From Nannocystis bainbridge (GTDB lineage Bacteria; Myxococcota_A; Polyangia; Nannocystales; Nannocystaceae), in NCBI RefSeq assembly GCF_028368995.1, contig NZ_JAQNDL010000001.1:4000001-4064000 (forward strand): a stretch of DNA of 64,000 nt, read 5' to 3'. The translations under genes and the position numbers were made by a program. Below, one piece after another: positions 19,741-30,899 of this stretch. The number at the start of each line of letters is the position of its first letter. Position 1 is the stretch's first letter. The notes beneath the pieces are model-generated. The model made no database searches. It was not told the origin of the DNA and saw nothing but the letters and a program-made list of their open reading frames with translations.

Positions 19741-21459
19741 TCAGGCCGCCGCGGCCTGCTTGCGCCGACGGAAGCCGACCAGCACCAGCAGCATCGGCCA
19801 CGCCGCCGTCGCGTTGGTCTCGCTCGAGCAGGCGCAACCACTCGCGTCGCCCTCGCCTTCGCCGGCGGTCGCCGCATCGGCGCCGGTCGAAGCGTCGTCG
19901 GTCCCACCGCTCGCTGAAGACGCCGAAGTCGTCGGCCCGTCGCCGGTGATGCCACCAGTGCTGCCGTTCGACTCGCCCTCCGACTCGCTGACGCTGCCGA
20001 TGCCGGTGTCGTCGCCGCTGTCGTCGCTGGTCGGCCCGCTCGTCGGCCCGCCCGTCTCGCTGTCACTCGACGTGCCCTCGGTCGGATCGGCGGTGGTCGA
20101 CGTCGTATCGCCGCCCGTCCCGGTGTCGGTCACCTCGAACGCGCCGACGTCCGGCGCCCCGTCGTCGCGCGGCACCCCGTCGTGATCGTCGACGATCTCG
20201 AACTCGGGCACCGGGAAGCCGACGTTGCGCAGCGGCGAATCGTCGGTCAGATGGAAGTCGCGCGCCGCCAGGTCGACGAACCCGAAGCTGGCAGGATCGC
20301 CGGCCATCTGGTTGCCCTCGTCGATGAACTCGGGCACCTCGCCGTTGACCGCGATCTCGCCCATGGCGGCCGCAGCGACCGCGTTGTTGCGCACGAAGCC
20401 CGGCCCGAGCGCCGCCCCGAACACCGCGATGCCCCACTCGCCCGAGTCGATCACGGTGTTGTGAGCGATCTGGATCTTCGAGCCCATGTTCAGGTTCTGA
20501 TCGTTGACGTAGATGCCGGAGTCGTCGAAGTTGGCGACCACGTTGTTGTAGAGCTGGGTGTGGCCGGCGCCGAAGATGAAAAAGCCGTTGGTGGGGCCGT
20601 CGAGCAGGGTATTGCCCCAAATCTTGCAACTCGAAGCGCCGCCGACCTGCAGCCCCTGCTGCTGGTACAGCTCGCCGGCGGTGCCGACGTTCTTGATGGT
20701 GTTGCGATAGAAGTGACAGTCGACCGGCGTCACCCCGATCTGCGCCCCGTCCCAGCCGGTGTTCTCGATGATGTTGTCGTGGATCTCCGCGCCGTGGTGC
20801 TCGTGCGGGTACAGCGTCACGTCTTTGCCGTCGCAGGTGAACACGCGCCCGCCGTAGCCGGTGCTGCCGAAATAGATGCCTTCGCCCTTCACGTCGTGGA
20901 TGTACATGTGGTGCAGCTTCGAGTTGTACATCACGAAATTGCCGAGGTTGGCCGTGCCGTCGCAGCGCGACTCCGTCTTCATCACCACCCCGGCGAAGCC
21001 CGCCTCGTAGACCTCCATGTGATCGATCTCGATGTCGCTGCTGAGACCGCCCACCGCCACCCCGAACGCCGAGTAGTCGGGCCCCGTCCGCGACGCCCGC
21101 ACCTTGAAGCCGTACGGGATGTCGCGGTCGCCCGCGCCGGTCACCCGCAGGAAGTGCGAGCCGTCGACCGTGAGCCCGTAGCCCTTGTCGTCGTTGTCGA
21201 TGTTGACCTGGCCCTCGCAGTTGCGGACCTCGATCGGCGAGCTCTCCTCGCCGACGAAGTCCTGCAGGCGCAAGAACGGCCGGTCGCCGCCGCGCACGCA
21301 CACGCTGTCGCCCGGCTTCACGCCCATCTGGGCGCCGTTCACGACCTCCCCCGCCAGCTCGATCACGTGGTCGCAGTCGCACGGCGACGCCGCCTCCGCG
21401 GCCTCCGGCGTGGTCATGATCAGCGCGACGAATGGTGCGACGACGACAAAGCGATGGGT
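19741..21459 (-). CDS. Secreted right-handed beta-helix protein with MYXO-CTERM sorting signal
   Basis: Signal peptide, PbH1-like repeats (IHDNIIENTGWDG, YNNVV, AHNTV), DFHL..DSP...DVGAFE, Thr/Ser linker, GCAC...LVGFRRRK. Confidence 0.8.
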   Translation of the reverse strand, partial: THRFVVVAPFVALIMTTPEAAEAASPCDCDHVIELAGEVVNGAQMGVKPGDSVCVRGGDRPFLRLQDFVGEESSPIEVRNCEGQVNIDNDDKGYGLTVDGSHFLRVTGAGDRDIPYGFKVRASRTGPDYSAFGVAVGGLSSDIEIDHMEVYEAGFAGVVMKTESRCDGTANLGNFVMYNSKLHHMYIHDVKGEGIYFGSTGYGGRVFTCDGKDVTLYPHEHHGAEIHDNIIENTGWDGAQIGVTPVDCHFYRNTIKNVGTAGELYQQQGLQVGGASSCKIWGNTLLDGPTNGFFIFGAGHTQLYNNVVANFDDSGIYVNDQNLNMGSKIQIAHNTVIDSGEWGIAVFGAALGPGFVRNNAVAAAAMGEIAVNGEVPEFIDEGNQMAGDPASFGFVDLAARDFHLTDDSPLRNVGFPVPEFEIVDDHDGVPRDDGAPDVGAFEVTDTGTGGDTTSTTADPTEGTSSDSETGGPTSGPTSDDSGDDTGIGSVSESEGESNGSTGGITGDGPTTSASSASGGTDDASTGADAATAGEGEGDASGCACSSETNATAAWPMLLVLVGFRRRKQAAAA

Positions 21460-21525
21460 CATCCCGCGAACGTCGACCACGGCCCGCCGGCCGTCAACCA
21501 GGACCTCACCGATCCGGCGCCACCG

Positions 21526-21921
21526 CTAGCCCTGCGCCACGCCGTCGACGTACACCCATCGCCCGTCTTCGCGGGTGAACCGGCTGCGCTCGCGCTGCAC
21601 GAAGCGGCGCCCCTCGGACTTGAGCGCCGCCTCGAACGCGACCACGCCGGTGTCATCCGCAGGCCCGCCGGCGACCGTATCGACGATGGTGAGCGACATC
21701 CCTCGCAAGCCGCGACAGTACGCGGCGAGCTGCTGGCGATCGATCGACCCGCGCGTCGCCGCGCTTGTGGTCTCGAGGAGATAGTCCACCGCCCCCTCCA
21801 CATACGCCGTGTAGCGGCTGCGCATCAGATCTTCCGCGGTCTCGGCCGGCCGCGCGCCGGCGAGGAGCGGGCCGCAGCAGCTCTCGTAGGTGCGACGACC
21901 GCACGGGCAACGCCTGGACAT
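21526..21921 (-). CDS. ychJ: YchJ-family SEC-C/NTF2-like protein
   Basis: CPCG...CCGP, AEDLMRSRYTAY, ERSRF...WVYVDG. Confidence 0.88.
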   Translation of the reverse strand: MSRRCPCGRRTYESCCGPLLAGARPAETAEDLMRSRYTAYVEGAVDYLLETTSAATRGSIDRQQLAAYCRGLRGMSLTIVDTVAGGPADDTGVVAFEAALKSEGRRFVQRERSRFTREDGRWVYVDGVAQG

Positions 21922-22078
21922 GCGGCGCATGATGCCACACGCCGCGACGCCGCGTCGCATGAGCCCGCCGCGCTCGCTGCACCGCGCTTGTCTTCTCGCG
22001 GCGGCGGGCTAGAACTCAGGCGCCGGCGTCACCTGCCCTTCCGGACAGCCTGCGCGGCGACCCCTGCGAGGACGACCG

Positions 22079-22546
22079 ATGAACGACGAATGGAAGCTCC
22101 CCTGGACCGGCGGCTGCCGCTGCGACCGCGTGCGGTTCCGCGTCACCACGCCGCCGCTCGTCACCAGCGCCTGTCACTGCCGCGGCTGCCAGCGCATGAC
22201 CGCCGGCCCGTTCTCGATGAGCCTGATGCTGCTGTCCGAGGGCTTCACGCTGACCAGCGGCGAGCCGGCGATCGGCGGCCTGCACGGTCCGAGCCGCCAC
22301 TTCTACTGCCCGCACTGCAAGTCGTGGATGTTCACCCGCCCGGACGGCATGGACCACCTCGTCATGATCCGCGCCACCATGCTCGACGACCACGCGTGGT
22401 TCGTCCCCTTCATGGAGACCGCGACCTCCGAGAAGCTGCCGTGGGTCACCACCCCGGCGAAGCACTCGTTCCCCGACCTGCCGCCGCCCGAGCAGTACGG
22501 CCCGCTCATGCAGGACTTCGCCGCTCGCGGCCCGCGCCCGCGCTGA
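22079..22546 (+). CDS. GFA/CENP-V family protein
   Basis: [19 protein letters not shown]. Confidence 0.88.
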   Translation: MNDEWKLPWTGGCRCDRVRFRVTTPPLVTSACHCRGCQRMTAGPFSMSLMLLSEGFTLTSGEPAIGGLHGPSRHFYCPHCKSWMFTRPDGMDHLVMIRATMLDDHAWFVPFMETATSEKLPWVTTPAKHSFPDLPPPEQYGPLMQDFAARGPRPR

Positions 22547-22718
22547 TCGCCTCGCAGCCCGCGCACCCGTCGCGCCCGCGCGAATGAACCGCGGTCGGCC
22601 CCGCGACCCCATTCGCCGCAACGACGGCGCGGCGCGCCCCTCGCCCGCGTGTCGGCCACAGTCCCCACGCGCCCGCCCCCGCGCGGGAGTATCTTGGCTC
22701 GCGAGGAGCACCGACGTC

Positions 22719-24238
<1,520 letters not shown>

Positions 24239-24239
<1 letters not shown>

Positions 24240-24583
24240 TGGCCGCCGCGCCGCCCGCGATCGACGCCACGCCGGCCGCGCTGGCGCTGGTGGCCGCGCT
24301 GAGCGAGCGGCACGGCCCGCTGATGTTCCACCAGTCGGGCGGCTGTTGCGACGGCAGCGCGCCCATGTGCTACCCCGCCGGCGAGTTCAAGCTCGGCGCC
24401 CGCGACGTCCTGCTCGGCCACGTCGGCGGCGCCCCGTTCTACATCGGCGGCGACCAGTACGAGCGCTGGCGCCACACCCGCCTCACCCTCGACGTCGTGC
24501 GCGGCCGCGGCTCCGGCTTCTCGCTCGAGGCCCCCGAGGGCGTGCGCTTTTTGATCCGCTCCGACGTCTGCGCGGCCCCGTGA
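24239..24583 (+). CDS. DUF779 domain protein
   Basis: HGPLMFHQSGGCCDGSAPMCYP, GRGSGFSLEAPEG. TGATG coupling to aldB, its usual neighbour. Confidence 0.9.
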
Positions 24584-24591
24584 TCACCGGC

Positions 24592-24633
24592 TGTCTCTCG
24601 CGACATGTCCTCCATGACATGTCGTGATGGACA
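24592..24633. repeat. Tandem array of three perfect TGTC-N6-GACA 14-mers
   Basis: TGTCTCTCGCGACA TGTCCTCCATGACA TGTCGTGATGGACA, between convergent stop codons. Confidence 0.9.
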
Positions 24634-24635
24634 GC

Positions 24636-25043
24636 TCAAACAAGCTTCTCGAGCAGCCCGCGCAGCTGGGCCTGTTCGCCGCCGCTCAGGCGGCCCAGCC
24701 GGGCCGCGAAGGCGTCGGCGAGCAGCGTCAGCCCGCGCTGCATCACCTTGCGCCCGGCCGGCGTGACCACCAGCCGGTGCTTGCGCAGGTCGGCCGCGTC
24801 GATCTCCCGCTTGAGGAAGCCCGCCGCCTCGAGCCGCTTCACGTACAGCGTCATGGTCGGCTTCGGCATCACCAGCGCCACCGCCAGCTCGGCCGGGTAC
24901 GGGTGCTCGTCGACCTCCGACAGCACGAACAGCTCCTTGACCTCGAGGCCCAGCGCACCCACCTCGGCCGCCACCGTGGTGATCACGGACATCAGCAAAC
25001 GGTGATTGAGCGACCACAGCCTGGCGGCGTCGATTTTCGTCAT
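24636..25043 (-). CDS. MarR-family regulator
   Basis: PAELA...PKPTMT.YVKRLEAAG.LKRE.DAADLR..RL.VT.AG. Divergent from the aldo/keto reductase. Confidence 0.88.
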   Translation of the reverse strand: MTKIDAARLWSLNHRLLMSVITTVAAEVGALGLEVKELFVLSEVDEHPYPAELAVALVMPKPTMTLYVKRLEAAGFLKREIDAADLRKHRLVVTPAGRKVMQRGLTLLADAFAARLGRLSGGEQAQLRGLLEKLV

Positions 25044-25136
25044 GGCTCCCCTTGCGGTCGGGTTAGTTCAGGACTAAACCAGTTCAAGGTTGAACAAGTT
25101 CGAGCCTGAACCATCTCGAACATACCAGGAGTCACG

Positions 25137-26216
25137 ATGCCCCTCGACCATTATGTGACGCTCGGCCGCTCCGGCCTGCGCGTGAGCCCCTTCTGCCTCG
25201 GTGCGATGACCTTCGGCGAGGACCTCGGGTGGGGTTCCAGCGTCAAGGAGTCGCAGCAGATCATCGATCGCTACATCGAGCTCGGCGGCAACTTCATCGA
25301 CACCGCCAACTTCTACACCAAGAGCCACTCCGAGAAGATCCTCGGCGACCACGTCGGCCGCCACGCCGCGCGCCGCGACCGCCTGGTGCTCGCCACCAAG
25401 TTCAGCGGCAACCTCTACCCGGGCGACCCCAACGGCGGCGGCTCGAGCCGCAAGTCGATCCTCGCCGCGTGCGACAATTCGCTGCGTCGCCTGCAGACCG
25501 ACTACATCGACCTCTACTGGCTTCACAACTGGGACGTCCACACGCCGATCGAGGAGACGATGGCGGCGCTGGACGACCTCGTGCGCGCCGGCAAGGTCCG
25601 CTACATCGGCGTCTCCGACACCCCCGCGTGGAAGATCGCCCAGGCCAACGTGACGGCGCAGTTCCGCGGCTGGTCGGCCTTCATCGCCATGCAGATCGAG
25701 TACTCGCTGCTCGAGCGCACGGTCGAGCAAGAGCTGGTCCCGCTCGCGCTCGAGTTCGGCATCGGCATCACCCCGTGGTCGCCGCTGAAGAGCGGCGTGC
25801 TCAGCGGCAAGTACACCCGCAACGGCAACGAGAAGGCCGGCCGCGGCGCGTTCGTCGAGCCCTACCTCAACGAGAAGACCTTCGCGCTGGTCGACGTGCT
25901 GGTGGAGATCGCCCGCGCGCACGAGACCACGGTCGCCCGCGTGGCCCTGGCGTGGGTGCAGGGCCGCCCGGGCGTGACCTCGACGATCATCGGCGCGCGC
26001 CTCGTGGCCCAGCTCGAGGACAACATCAAGGCGCTCGAGGTCAAGCTGAACGCCAATGACCTGGCCCGCCTCGACGCGCTCACCAAGCCGACCTTCGGCT
26101 TCCCGCAGAGCATGCAGCCGGTGTTCCCCGCGATCCACAACGGCGGCACCACCGTCAACGGCGTGGGCGCCCCGCTGAGCCCGTTCGTCATCGGCCAGGG
26201 CGAGAAGCCCTACTGA
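25137..26216 (+). CDS. Aldo/keto reductase
   Basis: LGAMTFG, IDTANFY, LATKF, SLRRLQTDYIDLY..H, PWSPL. Confidence 0.93.
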   Translation: MPLDHYVTLGRSGLRVSPFCLGAMTFGEDLGWGSSVKESQQIIDRYIELGGNFIDTANFYTKSHSEKILGDHVGRHAARRDRLVLATKFSGNLYPGDPNGGGSSRKSILAACDNSLRRLQTDYIDLYWLHNWDVHTPIEETMAALDDLVRAGKVRYIGVSDTPAWKIAQANVTAQFRGWSAFIAMQIEYSLLERTVEQELVPLALEFGIGITPWSPLKSGVLSGKYTRNGNEKAGRGAFVEPYLNEKTFALVDVLVEIARAHETTVARVALAWVQGRPGVTSTIIGARLVAQLEDNIKALEVKLNANDLARLDALTKPTFGFPQSMQPVFPAIHNGGTTVNGVGAPLSPFVIGQGEKPY

Positions 26217-26227
26217 CGCGCGCGCGC

Positions 26228-27763
26228 TCAGTTGATCTGCCGCGCGCGCCCTTCCCAGTAGGGCGCGCGCAGCTTGAATTTCTGCAGCTTGCCGGTCGAG
26301 GTGCGCGCCAGCTCGGTGCGCAGCTCGACCGACGTCGGGCACTTGTAGTGGGCCAGGCGCTGGCGACAGTGGGCGATCAGCTCGGCCTCGCCGACCGTCG
26401 CGCCCGGCGCGAGCACCACCAGCGCCTTGACCGTCTCGCCCCACTTCTCGTCCGGCACCCCGATCACCGCCGCCTCGGCGACCGCGGGGTGTGAGCAGAG
26501 CGCGTCCTCGACCTCGATCGACGACACGTTCTCGCCGCCGCTGATGATCACGTCCTTCTTGCGGTCGGAGATCGCCAGATAGCCCTCGGCATCGACCGTC
26601 CCGCCGTCGCCGGTGTGAAACCACCCGTCTTCGAGCGCCGTCGCCGTCGCCGCCTGCTCCTGCCAGTAACCCTCGAGCACCGTGTTGCCGCGCGCCAGCA
26701 CCTCGCCGTGCGCGTCGACCTCGATCTCGGTGCCCAGCGCCGGCGCGCCCGCGCGGCCCAGCTTCTCGGCCCGCTCGTGGTCCGTCAGCCCGTCCCACTC
26801 CTCGCGCGTGCGCGTGATCGTCAGCAGCGGCGAGGTCTCGGTCAGCCCGTAGATCTGGATGAACTCCCACCCGAGCTCCGACTCCACGCGCTCGATCGTC
26901 CGCGTCGGCGGCGGCGCCCCGGCACACACCACGCGCAGCTTGCCGCGCCCCGGGATCGGCCCCTGCCACCCCTGTGCCGCCGTCAGGATCGCGTTCAGCA
27001 CCGCCGGCGCCCCGCACATCAGCGTGATCCCGTGCGCTGCTACCCGGCGCAAGATCTCCGCCCCGTCGACCTTGCGCAGCACGTGCTGCCGGGCCCCCAG
27101 CCCCGCCAGCGCGAACGGCATGCCCCAACCATTGCAGTGGAACATCGGCAGCGTGTGCAGGTACACGTCGCGGTCCGACACCCCCGTGTGCAGCGCGAAC
27201 GTGGTCGCGTTGATCCACAGGTTGCGGTGCGTCAGCTGCACCCCCTTCGGTCGCGCCGTCGTCCCGCTCGTGTAGTTGATCGTCGCCGTCGCCCCTTCGT
27301 CGGGTTGCCAGCGCGCCGGCGCGACGTCGTGGCGCAGCAGCAGCGCGTCGCTCTCGGCCCCGAGCACGAAGCGCCGCGCGCAGCTCACCTCTGCCAGCGA
27401 CGCGTCGAGCTCCGGATCGACCAGCAGCATCGAGGCCCCCGAGTGCGCGACGATGTACGCGATCTCGGCCGGGCTGAGGCGGAAGTTGATCGGCACCAGC
27501 GCGCGCCCGTGGGCCGCCACCCCGAAGAACGCCACCAGCATGCGCGCCGCGTTGTGCGACACGATCGCCACCCGCTCGCCGAACCCGACCCCCAGCGTGT
27601 CGAGCCCGGCCGCCTGCGCGCGGGCCAGCGCGGCCAGGCGGCCGTACGTCAGCGGGGCCAGCGGCGCCGCTGGTTGCATCGGTTCATCGAACACGGCGAC
27701 GCGCTCGCCGTAGACCTGCTCGGCGCGGCGCATGAAGTCGAGGATCGTGAGCGGGACCAGCAC
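26228..27763 (-). CDS. AMP-binding enzyme (acyl-CoA synthetase)
   Basis: YTSGTTARPKG, YGLTE, WFHTGDG, DRKKD..SGGEN, TGKLQK. Confidence 0.93.
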   Translation of the reverse strand: MLVPLTILDFMRRAEQVYGERVAVFDEPMQPAAPLAPLTYGRLAALARAQAAGLDTLGVGFGERVAIVSHNAARMLVAFFGVAAHGRALVPINFRLSPAEIAYIVAHSGASMLLVDPELDASLAEVSCARRFVLGAESDALLLRHDVAPARWQPDEGATATINYTSGTTARPKGVQLTHRNLWINATTFALHTGVSDRDVYLHTLPMFHCNGWGMPFALAGLGARQHVLRKVDGAEILRRVAAHGITLMCGAPAVLNAILTAAQGWQGPIPGRGKLRVVCAGAPPPTRTIERVESELGWEFIQIYGLTETSPLLTITRTREEWDGLTDHERAEKLGRAGAPALGTEIEVDAHGEVLARGNTVLEGYWQEQAATATALEDGWFHTGDGGTVDAEGYLAISDRKKDVIISGGENVSSIEVEDALCSHPAVAEAAVIGVPDEKWGETVKALVVLAPGATVGEAELIAHCRQRLAHYKCPTSVELRTELARTSTGKLQKFKLRAPYWEGRARQIN

Positions 27764-27828
27764 TTCGAGCTCCTGCGGCGAGAGAGAGGCCGTCAGGATC
27801 GCACGAAATCACCGGCGCGGCGATCGCC

Positions 27829-28710
27829 TCACGCGGGCTCCCAGGCTTCGGCGTCGAGGTCGGGAAAGTAAACCTCGCAGTTGCCTGCGGGGATCCGGCT
27901 GACCCGCGCGAAGCCGAGAGAGTCGGTGAAGCCGCGCCACTCGACCCCGTCCGGTGCCACGATCCGGTAGCGCTGACCCGGGATCCCCTCGCCGTCCTCG
28001 CCGACCAGCTGGACCCCCACCCAGTGCGTCGGCGGCCCCGCTTCCACCGCCGTGGACCGGCCCTCGTTCCGCGGCTCGCCCTCGGCTTTTTTGCCCGGCG
28101 GCCCGACGACCGGCGCCTTCCAGGCTTCGGCTACTTCGCCAGGCGGCCCGGCGATCGTCGCCGCGGGCTCCCAGGCTTCGCCGTCGAGGTCGGGAAAGAA
28201 CACCTGGCAGATGCCGGCCGGGATTCGGTTCACTCGCGCGACCCCGAGGGAGTCGGTGAAGCCGCGCCACTCGACCTCGTCCGGCGTGATGATCCGGTAG
28301 CGCTGCCCTGGGATCCCTTCGCCGTCCTCGCCGATCAGCTGGATCTCCACCCAGTGCGTCGGCAGCCCCGCCTCCACCGCCGTGAACCCGTCCTCGTTCG
28401 GCTGCTCGCCCTCGGCCTCCTCGCCCGGCGGCCCGATGATCGGCGCCTCGGTCGCCCCGCCGCGCGTGAGCACCAGGCGGCCCGCCACCAGCGCTCCCGC
28501 CAGGCGGCTCACCACGTCCTCGCCGGCGAAGAACTCGAGCTCGCCCGCCAGTCGCCGCAGCACCCACGCGTCGCGCGGGTCGGCGAGCAGCTGCGTCACG
28601 AAGGCCGCCGCCGCTCGCACGTCCGCGAACTCCAGCCGCGTCCCCGCCACCGGCCCTTCGCCGAACAGACGAACCTCGAGGTCGGCGACGCGGAGCGAGC
28701 GGAAGTCCAC
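27829..28710 (-). CDS. Hypothetical protein with a tandemly duplicated ~110-aa beta-sandwich-like module
   Basis: Two copies of THWVxxQLxGEDGEGIPGQRYRIxxPDxVEWRGFTDSLGxARVxRIPAGxCxVxFPDLD. DNA period 330 bp. Confidence 0.7.
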   Translation of the reverse strand: MDFRSLRVADLEVRLFGEGPVAGTRLEFADVRAAAAFVTQLLADPRDAWVLRRLAGELEFFAGEDVVSRLAGALVAGRLVLTRGGATEAPIIGPPGEEAEGEQPNEDGFTAVEAGLPTHWVEIQLIGEDGEGIPGQRYRIITPDEVEWRGFTDSLGVARVNRIPAGICQVFFPDLDGEAWEPAATIAGPPGEVAEAWKAPVVGPPGKKAEGEPRNEGRSTAVEAGPPTHWVGVQLVGEDGEGIPGQRYRIVAPDGVEWRGFTDSLGFARVSRIPAGNCEVYFPDLDAEAWEPA

Positions 28711-28760
28711 GGTGGCGCCCACGCTATCGCAGCCGCCCTGGCCCAGCAAGGCGCGCCCGC

Positions 28761-28910
28761 GCGCGCCCGTCCGCGCGCCTCGCAAGCACCTGTCTCTCGG
28801 GACATCTCATCGCCACGCCGATCCTCCGCCGGGGGACAGGCGCGCGCGGGCGCGCCCGTCCGCCCCTCGAATCAACCTGTCTCTCGGGACATCTCATTGC
28901 CACGCCCATC
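28761..28910. repeat. Imperfect direct repeat pair (period ~87 bp), each copy containing TGTCTCTCGGGACA
   Basis: CCTGTCTCTCGGGACATCTCATYGCCACGCC at ~28789 and ~28876, in a divergent intergenic region. Confidence 0.8.
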
Positions 28911-28945
28911 CCCCTTCCGCGCCCGCCCTCGCGTACGATGCCCGG

Positions 28946-30622
28946 GTGCGCCGCCGCAGCTTCCTCGCCGGGACCGCCGCGCTCGCGTGCGGTCGGCCGC
29001 GCAGGGTCGAGCCTGGCTTCGGCGAGACGCGCGACACCGTCGCCGCCCTGCTCGACGCCTGGCGCGAGAAGATGCCCGTCGTCGGCCTCAGCATCGCCCT
29101 CGTCGATCGCGGCGAGCTCGCCTGGGCCACCGGCTTCGGCATGGCCGACCGCGAGGCGCGGCAGCCTGCCACCGCCGACACCGTCTACGCGATCGGCTCG
29201 CTCACCAAGATCTACACCGCCCTCGCGGCCGTGCGCGCCGCGCAGGCCGGCCGGCTCGACCTCGAGGCCCCGCTGCAGCGCCACCTCCCGCAGTTGCGCG
29301 CGCTCGGCAGCGACGCCATCCGCTTGCGTCAGCTCCTCTGTCACCGCTCCGGCCTCGTCTCCGACTGGCACCGCGGCAGCCTCGGCGCGCGCCCGCCCGA
29401 CTGGCGACGCGTCGCCGACGAGGTCGCCGAGGAGCCCCTGCTCGCCGCGCCCGACAGCTGGTACGCCTACTCCAACGTCGGCTACACCCTCATGGGACAT
29501 GTCCTCGACGACATGTCCGATAAACCATATCAAGAGCACGTCCTCGACGTCGCCCGCCTCGCGCTCGGCGGCTCCGGCCTGGGCTTCGACCCGCCCCCCG
29601 GCATGGCCGCCAGCTACTGCGCCGGCCAGCGCGAGCACGAGCCGCGCCTGCGCCTGCAGCCCGCCGCCGGCATGTTCGGCAGCGTCCTCGATCTCGTCCC
29701 GCTGCTGCGCTGGCTGCTCGCCGGTGAGGGCGCCGCCGCGGCCATGCTCACCCCGCAGTCGGCCGGCCCGCTCGATTTCGACGAGCGCTGGGGCCTCGGC
29801 CTCGCCCTGCAGCACGTCGGCCTCGCCCACGCCGGCCGCGTCGCCTGGCACACCGGCCGCACCTTCGGCCACCGCGCCGCCCTGTTCGCCCTGCCCGATC
29901 GCGGCCTCGGCGTCGCCGTGCTCGCCAACTTCCGCGAGGCCGGCGGCGTCGAGGACCTCGCCGCCTTCGCCCTCCAGACCGCCCTGCTCGAGCGCGACGG
30001 CCTCGACCTCCCGCCCAGCGCCGGCGACGCCGAAGCCCGCCCGCGCGCCCCCTTCGACCCCGCCGCGCTGCAGGCCCACGTCGGCCGCTACGCCCACGAG
30101 TTCGACGTCGTCCGCCTCGCCGTCGAGCGCGGCGGCCTGGTCTCGCGCGCCGAGATCGGCAAGACCGCGCTGATCCCCGCGGCGGGCGGCGGCTTCCACA
30201 GCGCCGACAACCCCGACGCTCACGTCACCATCGCCGAGCGCGCCGGCCACCACGTCGTCACCAGCACCGTGCGCGGCGTCGAGACCCGGATCGGTGTGCG
30301 CTGTCCCTTCGAACATGTCCCCGAGGACTGGCTCCGCCGCGTCGGCCGCTACACCGTCGACGCCGGCCCCGACGAGGTCGTCGCCTTCAAGGCCGCCCAC
30401 CTCACCGCCGTCGAGGGCGGCCTCGAGCTCCGCCTCGAGCTGCCGCAAGCGTTCGCCACCAGCTCGACCCTGGCCCGCTACGCGCTCATCGTCACCGGCC
30501 CACACGAGGCCCGGACCTTCGGTGTCGGCCGCGGCAAGGGCCAGCGCGTCGCGGCCTTCGACGGCCCCGAGGGCCCCGAGCTGGCATGGGCCGGCTACCG
30601 CCTGCTCCGCAGCGACGCCTGA
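28946..30622 (+). CDS. Serine hydrolase, beta-lactamase/AmpC-like family, probable Tat lipoprotein
   Basis: RRRSFL...LAC signal, SLTK (SxxK), YSN, HTG motifs. Confidence 0.85.
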   Translation: MRRRSFLAGTAALACGRPRRVEPGFGETRDTVAALLDAWREKMPVVGLSIALVDRGELAWATGFGMADREARQPATADTVYAIGSLTKIYTALAAVRAAQAGRLDLEAPLQRHLPQLRALGSDAIRLRQLLCHRSGLVSDWHRGSLGARPPDWRRVADEVAEEPLLAAPDSWYAYSNVGYTLMGHVLDDMSDKPYQEHVLDVARLALGGSGLGFDPPPGMAASYCAGQREHEPRLRLQPAAGMFGSVLDLVPLLRWLLAGEGAAAAMLTPQSAGPLDFDERWGLGLALQHVGLAHAGRVAWHTGRTFGHRAALFALPDRGLGVAVLANFREAGGVEDLAAFALQTALLERDGLDLPPSAGDAEARPRAPFDPAALQAHVGRYAHEFDVVRLAVERGGLVSRAEIGKTALIPAAGGGFHSADNPDAHVTIAERAGHHVVTSTVRGVETRIGVRCPFEHVPEDWLRRVGRYTVDAGPDEVVAFKAAHLTAVEGGLELRLELPQAFATSSTLARYALIVTGPHEARTFGVGRGKGQRVAAFDGPEGPELAWAGYRLLRSDA

Positions 30623-30853
30623 GGCCGGGCGGCAGAGTCAGTGTCTCGGAATCACATGTCCCAAGGGACAGCCAATCTCGAAGCGCAAGCGCGTCGCTCG
30701 ACAGGTCGGCGCCGCTCCTCGGTCCAGCGCTGGGCCACGCGCGGCGGTTCCGCAGCCCGGCTACCGCCTGCTCCGTAGCGACGCCTGACGCCGGGCGGCA
30801 GCGCCCGACGCCTCCGAATCACATGTCCCGAGTGACAGCCAACCTCGAAGCGC
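30591..30853. repeat. Imperfect duplication (~166-bp period) of the gene 3' end plus downstream DNA
   Basis: CCGGCTACCGCCTGCTCCG.AGCGACGCCTGA at 30591 and 30757. GAATCACATGTCCC..G.GACAGCCAA in both copies. Confidence 0.85.
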
Positions 30854-30899
30854 GAGAACCTCTCTCGCGCCAGCAATCAACCTGTCTCAAGAAACAGCC

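Noticed and set aside
24592-24633. GACATGTC arrays as a mini-CRISPR
   Set aside because: An 8-bp constant part and 6-bp variable part are far too short, and no cas genes are present.
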